A stretch of DNA of 64,000 nt from an uncultured delta proteobacterium (GTDB taxonomy: Bacteria; Desulfobacterota; Binatia; Binatales; Binataceae), in assembly GCA_963765675.1 (NCBI GenBank), contig CAVXXK010000001.1, positions 320,001 through 384,000 on the forward strand. Direction: 5' to 3'. Shown here one piece after another: positions 50,214-60,258 of this stretch; within the stretch, counting starts at the first letter, position 1, and each line of letters begins with the position of its first letter. The notes under the pieces are model-generated. The model saw nothing but the letters and a program-made list of their open reading frames with translations. It was not told the origin of the DNA and searched no databases. Made by a program: the position numbers and the translations under genes.

Positions 50214-51071
50214 ATGGCTGAATCCGCACCCAACCCGAATTCGCTCAAGCGCGACCAGCGAGTGATGTGGGACGACAGCGCCGCTGGATGGAACAAATGG
50301 TGGCCGACCTTCGAGCGCGCCGCGCAGAAAGTCAGCGACCGACTCGTCGCGCTGGCGGGCGTTCGCGCGGGTGCGCGCGTGCTTGATATCGCAACCGGCA
50401 ACGGCGAGCCAGCGGTGACGGCGGCGCGACTCGCAGGAGCGTCGGGCCATGTGACCGGGGTTGATCAATCGCCCGGGATGCTGGCGATTGCGCGCGAGCG
50501 CGCGAAGAGCCTCGGGCTCAAAAACCTTGAATTCGTCGAGTCAGACGCCGAGGCGATAGCGCTGCCCGCGGCGAGCTTCGACGCCTGCGTATGCCGATGG
50601 GGCCTGATGTTCATGCCAGATCTGTCCGCGGTGTTGCGGACTCTTCATCGCGCGCTGAAACCCGGCGCGGGTTTCGCAACCGCGGTGTGGAACTCGGGCG
50701 ACAAGGTGCCGATGATCACGCTCGCTGCCGACGCAGTGCGTCAGATCGCGGGACTGAAACCGCCATCGCCCGGCGCGCTCGAACCGACGCGGCTGGCCGA
50801 TACCTCGATTCTAAAAACCGCGCTCGAGCAGGCGGGGTTCAGCTCGATCGTGATCGAGCCGATGGCCGTGACCTTCGAATTCGTGACGATGGCCGAATTT
50901 ATTGGGTTTCGCAGCGAGGTCGGCCGCGCGCAAGCAATGATGGCAAGACTCGATCCTGCGACGCGCGCCCGCGTGCAGGCCGCGATCGGCGACGCGGCGA
51001 AAAAATTTCAGGGCTCCGACGGCCGCGTGCGCCTTTCCAACGAGACGATCTGTTTTTCCGCGCGCGCCTGA
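50214..51071 (+). CDS. Class I SAM-dependent methyltransferase
   Basis: VLDIATGNG, GVDQSPGML, FD..CRWGLMF, LKPG; AAGGAG RBS. Confidence 0.9.
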   Translation: MAESAPNPNSLKRDQRVMWDDSAAGWNKWWPTFERAAQKVSDRLVALAGVRAGARVLDIATGNGEPAVTAARLAGASGHVTGVDQSPGMLAIARERAKSLGLKNLEFVESDAEAIALPAASFDACVCRWGLMFMPDLSAVLRTLHRALKPGAGFATAVWNSGDKVPMITLAADAVRQIAGLKPPSPGALEPTRLADTSILKTALEQAGFSSIVIEPMAVTFEFVTMAEFIGFRSEVGRAQAMMARLDPATRARVQAAIGDAAKKFQGSDGRVRLSNETICFSARA

Positions 51072-51127
51072 TGAAGCCGCGTCCTCTACGCGGGACTCAC
51101 TCTCCTCGCGCAATCAGGCCGAGCGCG

Positions 51128-51271
51128 ATGAACAACTCTCGTATCGCGACAGCGCCTTCGCTGCTTCGCTATTTGCCACCTACGATCGCGATTCTAGTCG
51201 TGATCGCATGCGGCACTAGCACCGCCCACATCGATCTCCAGGCGGCCGCACTGCGTTCGAGGTTTCCATAA
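51128..51271 (+). pseudogene. Truncated N-terminal remnant of a third GT-C-like paralog
   Basis: RYLPPTIAILVVIACGTSTAHIDL aligns without gaps to RYSPALVLMAVMIADSVRVADPDL of the next gene. Confidence 0.5.
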
Positions 51272-51287
51272 GCCCGAGGGGGGGCAG

Positions 51288-52859
51288 TTGAATAACCATT
51301 TGCAAAATAGCGTCGGAGCTGGGCCCGCGCGATGGACCGAAGTGATGATTCGCTACTCTCCCGCGCTGGTGTTGATGGCCGTCATGATCGCCGACTCCGT
51401 CCGGGTCGCGGATCCGGACCTGTATGGGCATCTTCGCTTCGGCCAGCAGATTTTAGTTTCGGCGCACGTTCCACGCGTCGATACCTATTCGTATTCCGTC
51501 GTGCGTCTGCGATGGATCAGCCACGAATGGCTATCTGACGTACTGATCGCATGGTTCTATTTTCACCTGGGTGTGGTCGGACTGAAGCTGATGAAACTCG
51601 GATGTACCGCGGCAATCGTCGTGCTCCTGTTGGAGGCGATGCGCGAAACCGGAGCCTCAGCCGTGACGCAAATTTCCATCATGCTTCTGGCCAGTATCCG
51701 GCTCTCGGCGCAGATGCAGTTTCGGCCTCAGATGTTTACCTATTTGCTGTTGGCGACGATCCTGATGTTGCTGGCGCGCGACAATTTCCGTGGCTCGGCG
51801 AGATTGTGGATCACGGTGCCGATGTTTGCGTTGTGGGCAAACCTGCATGGCGGTTTCGTAATCGGGCTGGGAGTCATGGGATTGTACGCAGTTGTCCGTG
51901 GCGGACAGGAGATTGCAGCGGGCCGTGGATCAGCACGCTTCTTTCACCTGGCTGCCATAACCTCAGCGTGCATTGTGGCGACGCTGCTTACCCCGTTCGG
52001 CGCCGGAAGCTGGCTGAGCGTTTTGCATACGATCGGGAACCCGACGATGCTGGCCGCTATCAATGAATGGCAGCCCCTAATCAGCGCGACGATCGCGGAA
52101 TATCATGTCGCGCACGTGCCGCTTCTTTACGATCTCTCGGTATTCGGCATTTTTTTCGCGACTTTGAGCGCCGTCGCAGTCGCACCAAGTACCGATGATC
52201 TGCCGATGGTCGCGATTGCGGCCGTACTAATCGCATCGGCATTCGTCCAAGTGCGCAACGTCCCGCTCGGAATGATGGCTGCGATGATTCCGCTCGCGCG
52301 GCACGCGACAATCGCGCTGCGAGCGCGGCGCTCTTTCGATACTCCGGTATCACACCGGGAAATTAGCCTCGGAGGCGAGATCGTTATCGCGATCGCGGCG
52401 CTCGCGCTCGCGGCGGAGACCGGATTGTTTTCCAGCGCGCTTGGAGTGACGGAGCCCTACCCCGCGGGCGCGCTGGCGTTCATGCGCGCGCACGATCTTT
52501 CCGGCAATATGCTGTGCGATTACTCATGGAACGACTACGTAATCTTCCACGAATCGCCGCGGGACAAGGTATTTTTGGACAGCCGGTTCGAGATGATCTA
52601 CCCCAGACGAATCATTGAGGCCTACCTCGCCTTCGCGTCCAACCGCACTGGCGCGGCGCAGACGTTGGCCGACTTTCCGAACGATTTCGTCTTGATCAAT
52701 CCAAAAACCCTCGCGGCCGATGTAATGGCGGATGCCACACAATGGATTCCCATATACAGCGATGGCGATTCGACCCTCTATGCACGCCGAGGCTCGTACG
52801 CTGCCGGGATTGTTGGCGTTCCGATCCACGCTGCACCGTTGACGTCGGTCTTTCCTTAA
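51288..52859 (+). CDS. Multi-TM membrane protein, GT-C-like (DPDLxGH / RPQ / WANLHGGF family), copy 1
   Basis: Acidic motif after TM1, HEWL, FRPQ, WANLHGGF, EWQP, FLDSR. Confidence 0.75.
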   Translation: MNNHLQNSVGAGPARWTEVMIRYSPALVLMAVMIADSVRVADPDLYGHLRFGQQILVSAHVPRVDTYSYSVVRLRWISHEWLSDVLIAWFYFHLGVVGLKLMKLGCTAAIVVLLLEAMRETGASAVTQISIMLLASIRLSAQMQFRPQMFTYLLLATILMLLARDNFRGSARLWITVPMFALWANLHGGFVIGLGVMGLYAVVRGGQEIAAGRGSARFFHLAAITSACIVATLLTPFGAGSWLSVLHTIGNPTMLAAINEWQPLISATIAEYHVAHVPLLYDLSVFGIFFATLSAVAVAPSTDDLPMVAIAAVLIASAFVQVRNVPLGMMAAMIPLARHATIALRARRSFDTPVSHREISLGGEIVIAIAALALAAETGLFSSALGVTEPYPAGALAFMRAHDLSGNMLCDYSWNDYVIFHESPRDKVFLDSRFEMIYPRRIIEAYLAFASNRTGAAQTLADFPNDFVLINPKTLAADVMADATQWIPIYSDGDSTLYARRGSYAAGIVGVPIHAAPLTSVFP

Positions 52860-54443
52860 ATGGATTCTCAAGTATCCGCCGCCCGGGCGGGAGCCTATCA
52901 GCGCCCAGGCATCGTATCACTCATTCGCCAAATGCCAGGATTCGTTCTGATCGCGGTCGCGATCGCCGACTCCTTGCGCTTTGCAGATCCGGACCTATGG
53001 GGCCATATCATTTTTGGACGAGCGGTCCTTGAGCACGGACATCTGATTCTGCACGATCCCTATTCCTACTCGGCGGCCGGTCATCTGTGGCTCAATCATG
53101 AATGGCTATCCGAGTTACTCGACGCTCTGGCATTTGATTCGCTCGGAGTATTCGGTCTTAAGGCGATGAAGTTCTGTGCCGCGGCGATCACGATCGTATT
53201 CGTGGCGCTGGCCGAGAGTGAATCGGATGCGTCCGAGCTGGCGCAGTTGTCAGTGCTGGTTCTGAGTGCGGTGGCGATCGCACCGAGTATGCAGTTCCGA
53301 CCGCAGATATTCACCTTCGCGCTATTCGCGATCCTGATCTATATTCTCGCACGCGACACCTACTGCCGCAGTGGAGGGTTGTGGATCGCAATTCCCATGC
53401 TGGTTCTTTGGGCCAACCTGCACGGCGGATTTATCATGGGATTGGCGGCGCTAGGAACTTATGCCTGCGCCTCGGCCGCGTGTGACTGGATGCACGGCGA
53501 CGGAATCCGACGCGCAGCCGTACTCGGAGCGATCGCCGTCGCAGCGGCAGCGGCGACGTTGATAACACCCTACGGATTTGGAACGTGGATTGCCGTTGGT
53601 CACGCTCTGCACAATCCAGACACGCGAATTGCGATCGCGGACTGGCAACCGCTATTCCGCTCACTTGCCGCGGCTGGCCAGCAAAGTATCGCATTAGCGC
53701 TGTATGATGCTCTGCCGCTCGGCCTGATGACGGCACTGGCTATCGCAGTGGCTATTTCGCGCGACCTCGACGATCTACCGATGCTCGCGATTTCCGCTGT
53801 GATGGGTCTAGCGGCAATCCTTGCGATACGCAATGAACCGATCGCGATAATCGCGATCGCTAGCCCGCTCGCGCACCACGGCACAATCGCCATCGAACGG
53901 TTGACGAAGGCGGGACTACCGGAAGAGACAGCGTCGACATCGGCCGCGCGCTCAAGGAACCAGATCCTGCCGGTCCTGATTGCGCTCGCGATTCTTATAG
54001 AGACAGGATTTTTCTCGAATCGGCTAATCGCGCACGAGCACTATCCGGCGAGCGCTGTCGCGTTCATGCAATCTCATGACTTGCACGGAAATATACTCGA
54101 CAATTTCCTTTGGGGAGAATACCTAATCTGGCACACGGCACCTGGATCAAAGGTTTTCATCGACGGGCGCTATGATACTGTCTATCCGCAAAACGTCCTG
54201 CACGCATTCATGTTATTTCATTTCGACCGGCCCGGCGCAGACGCGATCCTGGCGCAATGGCCACATGACTATGTAATGCTGCCGCCGGACGATCTTGCTA
54301 ATCGAGTAATCGCGCGCAACCCGCAATGGAAGCTGATCTACCGAGACTGCGATGCTCTTCTCTACGCGCCTGCCGGCTCCGCCGCCACGAAGATTGCTGG
54401 TGAGCCAGTTGAAGGAGTTAATCCGCCGACCACGTTTCCTTGA
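52860..54443 (+). CDS. Multi-TM membrane protein, GT-C-like, copy 2
   Basis: Same motifs (DPDLWGH, HEWL, FRPQ, WANLHGGF, FIDGR); abuts copy 1. Confidence 0.75.
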   Translation: MDSQVSAARAGAYQRPGIVSLIRQMPGFVLIAVAIADSLRFADPDLWGHIIFGRAVLEHGHLILHDPYSYSAAGHLWLNHEWLSELLDALAFDSLGVFGLKAMKFCAAAITIVFVALAESESDASELAQLSVLVLSAVAIAPSMQFRPQIFTFALFAILIYILARDTYCRSGGLWIAIPMLVLWANLHGGFIMGLAALGTYACASAACDWMHGDGIRRAAVLGAIAVAAAAATLITPYGFGTWIAVGHALHNPDTRIAIADWQPLFRSLAAAGQQSIALALYDALPLGLMTALAIAVAISRDLDDLPMLAISAVMGLAAILAIRNEPIAIIAIASPLAHHGTIAIERLTKAGLPEETASTSAARSRNQILPVLIALAILIETGFFSNRLIAHEHYPASAVAFMQSHDLHGNILDNFLWGEYLIWHTAPGSKVFIDGRYDTVYPQNVLHAFMLFHFDRPGADAILAQWPHDYVMLPPDDLANRVIARNPQWKLIYRDCDALLYAPAGSAATKIAGEPVEGVNPPTTFP

Positions 54444-54473
54444 GCGGTCGTGGTGAACCTTAGCATCGATGTC

Positions 54474-55691
54474 CTATTGGTCCTGGTCCATCTCCTGCGG
54501 TGCCTCCTCGATAACGCTTCCGGCGCCATTGAGTGTCCGCAGGATCTGCATCCCGATGCGCCCCACGGAAACCTTACGATTGGCAAGGACTATCACGCCG
54601 GTGCCGGTTTGTTTGACAAAGCCGATGTAGCTGAAGAAGCCGGAGACGGCGCCGTTCTTCCAAATGACCGTATTGTTCGTGCCGCGGATCGGAACCATCT
54701 GCCAAGCCAGACCGGCCGCGGTTCCCCCGCGTCCGGCGCGATGCCATCGTTTCTGCAAGTCTGGGAGGAGCGTGTCGAGAGGCGTTTTCGTCTGGCCCAT
54801 GTTGTACGCGAGATAGCGCATCATATCGTCCATGGTCGAGCGCAGCGCGCCCGCGCCATTGAAAGCGGGCCAGGTCACGTTGTCGTGTGGCCGCGGAAAA
54901 CCTTCCGGACTGTAGCCCTGCGCCTGCCGCGCGACCTCCTGCGGTGTGAGATCGATGCGCGTGTCGACCATCGCGAGCGGTCCGCATATCTCGCGCTCGA
55001 CGAGGTTCTGATAGTCGTCGCCGGTTGCACGCATCAGTGCATGCGCCAACAGCGCGAACCCCCAGTTCGAGTACTCGAATTCCCGCCCCGGCGCGCGAGT
55101 GAGCTGATAGGCCTCTAGCCGCTGGTACATCGTGGCCGTATCCAGATGCCGAACGCCGCTTAGGTCCGGATCTTTCGGAAGTCCGGAGGTGTGTGTGGCG
55201 AGGTCGAGCAGAGTTATCGGGCGCCCGTGATAGCTCGGCACGGATACGCTGTCGGGCACATACTTCTGCAGCGGATCGTCGTACCGCACCACGCCGCGCT
55301 GAACATTCAGCGCCAGCAGCATCGCGGTGAACGTCTTGGTGATCGATCCGATCTCCCACTCGGTCGTGGCCGTCGGCCGCACGCCGGAGCCGAGCGCGGT
55401 CTCACCGAAGGAGCGGATCATTCGATCGTTGCCGGAGATGACGCCGAGCATGATCGCCGGTGCTTCACCATGGGCGACAGGCGCTGATGCGATCTCGTCG
55501 ATACGCGCGCGCGTCGCGGCGGCAATCTCGGCGCGCACCGGAGGTGCCGGCGCGCAAACGAGTGCAAGAGCGATCGTCGCCATCCCGATGAGCGAAATCC
55601 GGCGCATACCAAAGGCTAGCGGGCGCGTCATCGACGATGCAAAAGCGCGCGCGGTGCTGACTCCTTCGCGCCTGTGGAAAAGAGCCGTCAA
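54474..55691 (-). CDS. Serine hydrolase, beta-lactamase class C/AmpH-like
   Basis: EIGSITK (SxxK), LATHTSGL, YSN, KNG; signal peptide; the true start may be about 100 nt downstream. Confidence 0.88.
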   Translation of the reverse strand: MTALFHRREGVSTARAFASSMTRPLAFGMRRISLIGMATIALALVCAPAPPVRAEIAAATRARIDEIASAPVAHGEAPAIMLGVISGNDRMIRSFGETALGSGVRPTATTEWEIGSITKTFTAMLLALNVQRGVVRYDDPLQKYVPDSVSVPSYHGRPITLLDLATHTSGLPKDPDLSGVRHLDTATMYQRLEAYQLTRAPGREFEYSNWGFALLAHALMRATGDDYQNLVEREICGPLAMVDTRIDLTPQEVARQAQGYSPEGFPRPHDNVTWPAFNGAGALRSTMDDMMRYLAYNMGQTKTPLDTLLPDLQKRWHRAGRGGTAAGLAWQMVPIRGTNNTVIWKNGAVSGFFSYIGFVKQTGTGVIVLANRKVSVGRIGMQILRTLNGAGSVIEEAPQEMDQDQ

Positions 55692-55791
55692 TGTGGTACT
55701 AAGAGGGTTCGAGGCGTGTTCCCCGCGCCCGATGCGTGGCGCAGGCCGCGCTGAATTTGCGGGTTAATTTGCAGAGATAAGGAGAGCCCGA

Positions 55792-56877
55792 ATGAAAGCC
55801 GCTGTGTTTCATGGCCCCAAACAACCGCTCAGTATCGAGGATATCGAGGTCGATAAGCCCCAGGACCGCGAAGTCAAGATTCGCACCGTCGCCAGCGGCG
55901 TGTGCCATAGCGATCTGCATTTCGTCGATGGTCTATACCCCTACGCGGCGCCCGCGGTGCTCGGACACGAAGCCGCCGGGATCGTCGAAGAGGTCGGCCG
56001 CCAGGTCACCTACGTCAAGCCCGGCGATCACGTGATCGCGTGCCTTAGCGTTTACTGCGGCGGCTGCGAGCAGTGCATGTCGGGCCATCCGAACCGATGC
56101 ACGAACAAGGCGGCGACGCAGCGCGATCCGAAAGACAAGCCGCGCCTGTCGCAGAAGGGCAAGCTAATCAACCAGTTCCTGGACGTATCGTCGTATTGCG
56201 AGCGGATGCTGTTGCACGAGAACGCGATCGTGAAGATCAGCGACGACATCCCGCTTGATCGAGCCGCGCTGGTCGGATGCGGCGTCACCACCGGCGTCGG
56301 CGCTGTGCTCAATACCGCCAAGGTCGAGCCGGGCTCGACGGTCGCGGTGTTCGGATGCGGCGGCGTGGGACTCGCGGCGATTCAGGGCGCGCGGATCGCC
56401 GGTGCACGCAAGATCATCGCGGTCGATATGTTCGAGGGCAAGCTCGCGATGGCAAAGCGGCTCGGCGCGACCGACACTGTCGACGCGTCGTCGAGCGATC
56501 CGATCGACGAGATCAAAAAGCTTACCGGCGGCGGCGTTGATTACGCCTTCGAGGCGATCGGACTCAAGAAGGCCGCCGAGCAGGCATTCAATGCGCTCAG
56601 GCCCGGCGGCACCGCGACCGTGATCGGAATGATCCCGGTCGGGCAGAAGGTCGAGCTCGACGGCTATATGTTCCTGACCGAGCGCAAACTGCAGGGCAGC
56701 AACATGGGCTCGAACCGCTTTCGGATCGACATGCCGCGCTATCTGGATTTCTATCTGCAGGGACGCCTCAAGCTCGACGAAATGATCAGCCGCCGCGGCA
56801 AGCTGGAGGATGTAAACGAAGCGTTCCGCGCGATGAAGGCCGGCGAAGTCGCGCGCACCGTCCTGATGTTCGAGTAA
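55792..56877 (+). CDS. Zn-dependent alcohol dehydrogenase (class III-like), copy 1
   Basis: GVCHSD, GHE, four-Cys structural Zn site, GCGVTTG, GCGGVG. Confidence 0.93.
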   Translation: MKAAVFHGPKQPLSIEDIEVDKPQDREVKIRTVASGVCHSDLHFVDGLYPYAAPAVLGHEAAGIVEEVGRQVTYVKPGDHVIACLSVYCGGCEQCMSGHPNRCTNKAATQRDPKDKPRLSQKGKLINQFLDVSSYCERMLLHENAIVKISDDIPLDRAALVGCGVTTGVGAVLNTAKVEPGSTVAVFGCGGVGLAAIQGARIAGARKIIAVDMFEGKLAMAKRLGATDTVDASSSDPIDEIKKLTGGGVDYAFEAIGLKKAAEQAFNALRPGGTATVIGMIPVGQKVELDGYMFLTERKLQGSNMGSNRFRIDMPRYLDFYLQGRLKLDEMISRRGKLEDVNEAFRAMKAGEVARTVLMFE

Positions 56878-56914
56878 CGCGCGCGACGACTACGACACGA
56901 GGAGCACGATCAAA

Positions 56915-58000
56915 ATGAAAGCAGCGATATATCACGGTCCCGGCCAGGCGCTCACGATCGAGCAGGTCGATATCGACAATCCGAAGGAACGCGAAGTTCT
57001 GGTCCGCACCGTCGCCAGCGGCGTGTGCCACAGCGACCTGCACTTCGTCGATGGACTCTACATGTGGCCGACGCCGGCGATCCTCGGCCACGAGGCGGCA
57101 GGCGTAGTCGAAAAAGTCGGCTCGCAGGTCACCTATCTCGCGCCCGGCGATCACGTGATCGCGTGCCTGAGCGTCTTCTGCGGCTACTGCGAGGAATGCA
57201 TGTCGGGCCATCCCAACCTGTGCTCGAACAAGGCCGCAACCCAGCGCGGACAAAGCGACAAGCCGCGCCTGTCGCAGAAGGGCAAGCTGGTCAATCAGTT
57301 CGCCGATCTCTCGGGATACGCCGAGCAGATGCTGGTGCATGAGAACGCGCTGGTGAAGATCGACAACGACGTGCCGCTCGACCGCGCCGCGCTTATCGGA
57401 TGCGGCGTCATGACCGGAGTCGGCGCGGCGCTGCACACGGCGAAGGTCTCGCCGGGCTCGCAGGTCGCGGTGTTCGGCGCGGGCGGCGTCGGCCTCGCGA
57501 TCATCCAGGGCGCGCGCATCGCGGGCGCGCGGATGATCATTGCGGTGGATAAGTTCAAGACCAAGCTCGAACTGGCCAAGAAGCTCGGCGCGACGCACAT
57601 GGTCGATGCGTCGGCGGGCAATCCTGTCGAGCAGATTCGCGCGCTCACCGGCGACGGCGTCGATTACTCGTTCGAGGCGATCGGCCTCAAGGTCGCGGCC
57701 GAGCAGGCCTACGAATCGATCCGTCCCGGCGGAATCGCGACGATCGTCGGGATGGTGCCGCTCGGGCAGAAGGTCGACGTCGACGGCTTCTCGCTGCTGT
57801 ACGAGAAGCGCATCCAGGGATGCTTCATGGGCTCGAACCGCTTTCGGATCGACATGCCACGCATCATTGATCTCTATCGTCAGGGACGAATCGACCTCGA
57901 CGACATGATCACACGCCGCGGCAAGCTCGAGGACGTCAACGAGGCGTTCCGCGCGATGAAGGCGGGCGAAGTCGCGCGCACGGTGCTGATGTTCGAATAG
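56915..58000 (+). CDS. Zn-dependent alcohol dehydrogenase (class III-like), copy 2
   Basis: Same motifs and same 361-aa length. Confidence 0.93.
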   Translation: MKAAIYHGPGQALTIEQVDIDNPKEREVLVRTVASGVCHSDLHFVDGLYMWPTPAILGHEAAGVVEKVGSQVTYLAPGDHVIACLSVFCGYCEECMSGHPNLCSNKAATQRGQSDKPRLSQKGKLVNQFADLSGYAEQMLVHENALVKIDNDVPLDRAALIGCGVMTGVGAALHTAKVSPGSQVAVFGAGGVGLAIIQGARIAGARMIIAVDKFKTKLELAKKLGATHMVDASAGNPVEQIRALTGDGVDYSFEAIGLKVAAEQAYESIRPGGIATIVGMVPLGQKVDVDGFSLLYEKRIQGCFMGSNRFRIDMPRIIDLYRQGRIDLDDMITRRGKLEDVNEAFRAMKAGEVARTVLMFE

Positions 58001-58026
58001 CGCACCGCTCGAATCGACTGATTATC

Positions 58027-58056
58027 AAAAGCCGGCAGGGTTACCTGCCGGCTTTT
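58027..58056 (+). terminator. Intrinsic terminator
   Basis: AAAAGCCGGCAGG-gtta-CCTGCCGGCTTTT. Confidence 0.85.
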
Positions 58057-58108
58057 CCTTCGCATGCGCCGACTTGACTGAGTGCGCGCGCGCGCTCAAT
58101 TTTCGCTT

Positions 58109-58474
58109 ATGAAGATCCGCGCAATCGACCACGTGCAGTTGGCGATGCCTATGGGACGCGAAGCCGAGGCACGCGCCTTCTACACCGGCTTGCTCGAAAT
58201 TCCCGAACAGCCCAAGCCTCCCCATCTGGCTGCGCGAGGCGGATGCTGGTTCGAGCGCGGCGCGCTCAAAATCCATCTCGGCGTCGAAAAGGAATTCGCA
58301 CCGGCGCGCAAAGCGCATCCCGCCCTTATCGTCGAGGGTCTACCCGCGCTCGCGGACGCGCTCAGTCGCGCGGGATGCCGCGTCGTCGACGACGAGCCGC
58401 TCGAAGGCTACGACAGGATCTATGTCGATGATCCCTTCGGCAATCGGATCGAGCTGATGGAGCCGCGCGGCTAG
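58109..58474 (+). CDS. VOC/glyoxalase family protein
   Basis: IDHVQL, AFYTGLL, KAHPAL, DPFGNRIEL. Confidence 0.9.
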   Translation: MKIRAIDHVQLAMPMGREAEARAFYTGLLEIPEQPKPPHLAARGGCWFERGALKIHLGVEKEFAPARKAHPALIVEGLPALADALSRAGCRVVDDEPLEGYDRIYVDDPFGNRIELMEPRG

Positions 58475-59343
58475 ACGAGCCTCAGCTCTTTCATCGCCGC
58501 CTTCAGTTTCTCACTCGCCGACGCGGTCATCGGAACCAGCGGCAAACGAAGTTCATTCGCGCATTTCCCCATCAGCGCGAGCGCACACTTTAGCGGAATA
58601 GGATTGGTCTCGATGAATAGCGCACGGAGTAGCGGCAGCATCCGATAGTGCGCCACGCGGGCCTGCTGAAAATCGCCGCTGAGCGCCGCGGCCGCAAGCG
58701 CATGCATTTCGCGAGGCATCACGTTCGAGGCCGTCGAGATCACGCCCTTTCCGCCAAGCGCCATGATCGGCAGCGTTAGCGCGTCGTCGCCCGAGAGGAC
58801 CGCCAGACGGTCGCCGCAGAGCCGAAGGATGTCCGAGACTTGGTCCATCGAGCCGGAGGCTTCTTTAACACCGACTATATTTTTGATCTCTGACAGCCGC
58901 GCGAATGTCTCGGGCGCGATATTCGATGCGGTGCGGCCCGGAATATTGTAAACCACCAGCGGCAAATCGACGCTCGCCGCGATCAGTTTGTAATGCTTGA
59001 ATATCCCTTCCTGGGTGGGCTTGTTGTAATAGGGCGAGATCAGGAGCGCGCCGTCTGCTCCCATCGCACGCGCCGACGCGGTCAGGCGAATCGCCTCCGC
59101 GGTCGCGTTCGAGCCGGTCCCTGCGATGACCGGAACGCGCTTGCGCGCCTGCTCGATCGTAATCTTGACCACGCGCTCATGCTCTTCGTGCGTCAGCGTC
59201 GCCGACTCTCCGGTCGAGCCGCACGGCACCAATCCGTCGATGCCGCTTTGAATCTGCCATTCGATCAGATCACGCAGCGCGGGTTCGTCCACCGCGCCGT
59301 CGCGAAACGGAGTGATGAGTGCGCTGAGCGCTCCGTTGAACAT
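58471..59343 (-). CDS. dapA: 4-hydroxy-tetrahydrodipicolinate synthase
   Basis: GSTGE, PYYNKPTQEG, YNIPGRT, GVKEASG. Confidence 0.96.
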   Translation of the reverse strand: MFNGALSALITPFRDGAVDEPALRDLIEWQIQSGIDGLVPCGSTGESATLTHEEHERVVKITIEQARKRVPVIAGTGSNATAEAIRLTASARAMGADGALLISPYYNKPTQEGIFKHYKLIAASVDLPLVVYNIPGRTASNIAPETFARLSEIKNIVGVKEASGSMDQVSDILRLCGDRLAVLSGDDALTLPIMALGGKGVISTASNVMPREMHALAAAALSGDFQQARVAHYRMLPLLRALFIETNPIPLKCALALMGKCANELRLPLVPMTASASEKLKAAMKELRLV

Positions 59344-59361
59344 CTGCCAATCCCTCCGCGG

Positions 59362-60255
59362 CTAATACTTGGCCGGTACCATCTCGGCGGACCCGAGTTC
59401 GATCTCACCTCTGAAAACCTCGACCGCGTTGCCGGTCATGAAGACGTGATTCGCTCCGGCACCCTTTTCGCCCCACTCGATCTCGAGGTTACCACCGCGC
59501 ACCTCGACCATCGCTTTGCGCTCGGCGCGCCCAGTCAGCACGGCGGCGACCATTGCAGCACACGCACCCGTGCCGCACGCGAGAGTCTCGCCCGAACCGC
59601 GCTCCCATACGCGCATTTTCAGATGCGTGCGCGAGACCGGCAGGATAAATTCCGTATTGACGCGCCGCGGAAAAAATGGATGCGTCTCGAACTGACGTCC
59701 GAGCCGCGCAAACTCCCACACGTCCATTTTGTGGATCGCGTCGTTGTTCACGAAGAGCACGCAGTGCGGATTTCCCATCGAGACAGCGGTGATCGCCTCG
59801 CGCCGGCCGGCGACTTCGAGCGGATAGTCGATGATTCTGCCGTCGGCAGCGACGGGAATCTCACGTCCTTCGAGAATCGGCTCGCCCATGTCCACGGTCG
59901 CACCTACGACGGCTCCGGCCTCGAACCGCAGTTCAATCGTCTTCAGCCCCGAATCGGTCTCGACGACCATCGGATTTTTGCGAGCGATACCGCGTTCATA
60001 AGCAAGCCGCGCAACGCAGCGAATTCCGTTGCCGCACATGTCGCCGCGGCTGCCGTCGGCGTTGTACATCTCCATCCGCACGTCGGCGCTTCGCGACGGC
60101 GCAAGCATGATCAGGCCGTCGCCGCCGATTCCAAAATGCCGGTCCGCAACGCGCACCGCGAGCGCCGCCGGATCCGCGGGGCGCGCGTTCAGCGCAACGA
60201 CGTAAATATAGTCGTTGCCGCATCCGTGCATCTTGGTAAATTCAAGCGTCGCCAT
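59362..60255 (-). CDS. dapF: Diaminopimelate epimerase
   Basis: KMHGCGNDY, MCGNG, GNPH, ERGSGETLACGTG. Confidence 0.96.
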   Translation of the reverse strand: MATLEFTKMHGCGNDYIYVVALNARPADPAALAVRVADRHFGIGGDGLIMLAPSRSADVRMEMYNADGSRGDMCGNGIRCVARLAYERGIARKNPMVVETDSGLKTIELRFEAGAVVGATVDMGEPILEGREIPVAADGRIIDYPLEVAGRREAITAVSMGNPHCVLFVNNDAIHKMDVWEFARLGRQFETHPFFPRRVNTEFILPVSRTHLKMRVWERGSGETLACGTGACAAMVAAVLTGRAERKAMVEVRGGNLEIEWGEKGAGANHVFMTGNAVEVFRGEIELGSAEMVPAKY

Positions 60256-60258
60256 CGC

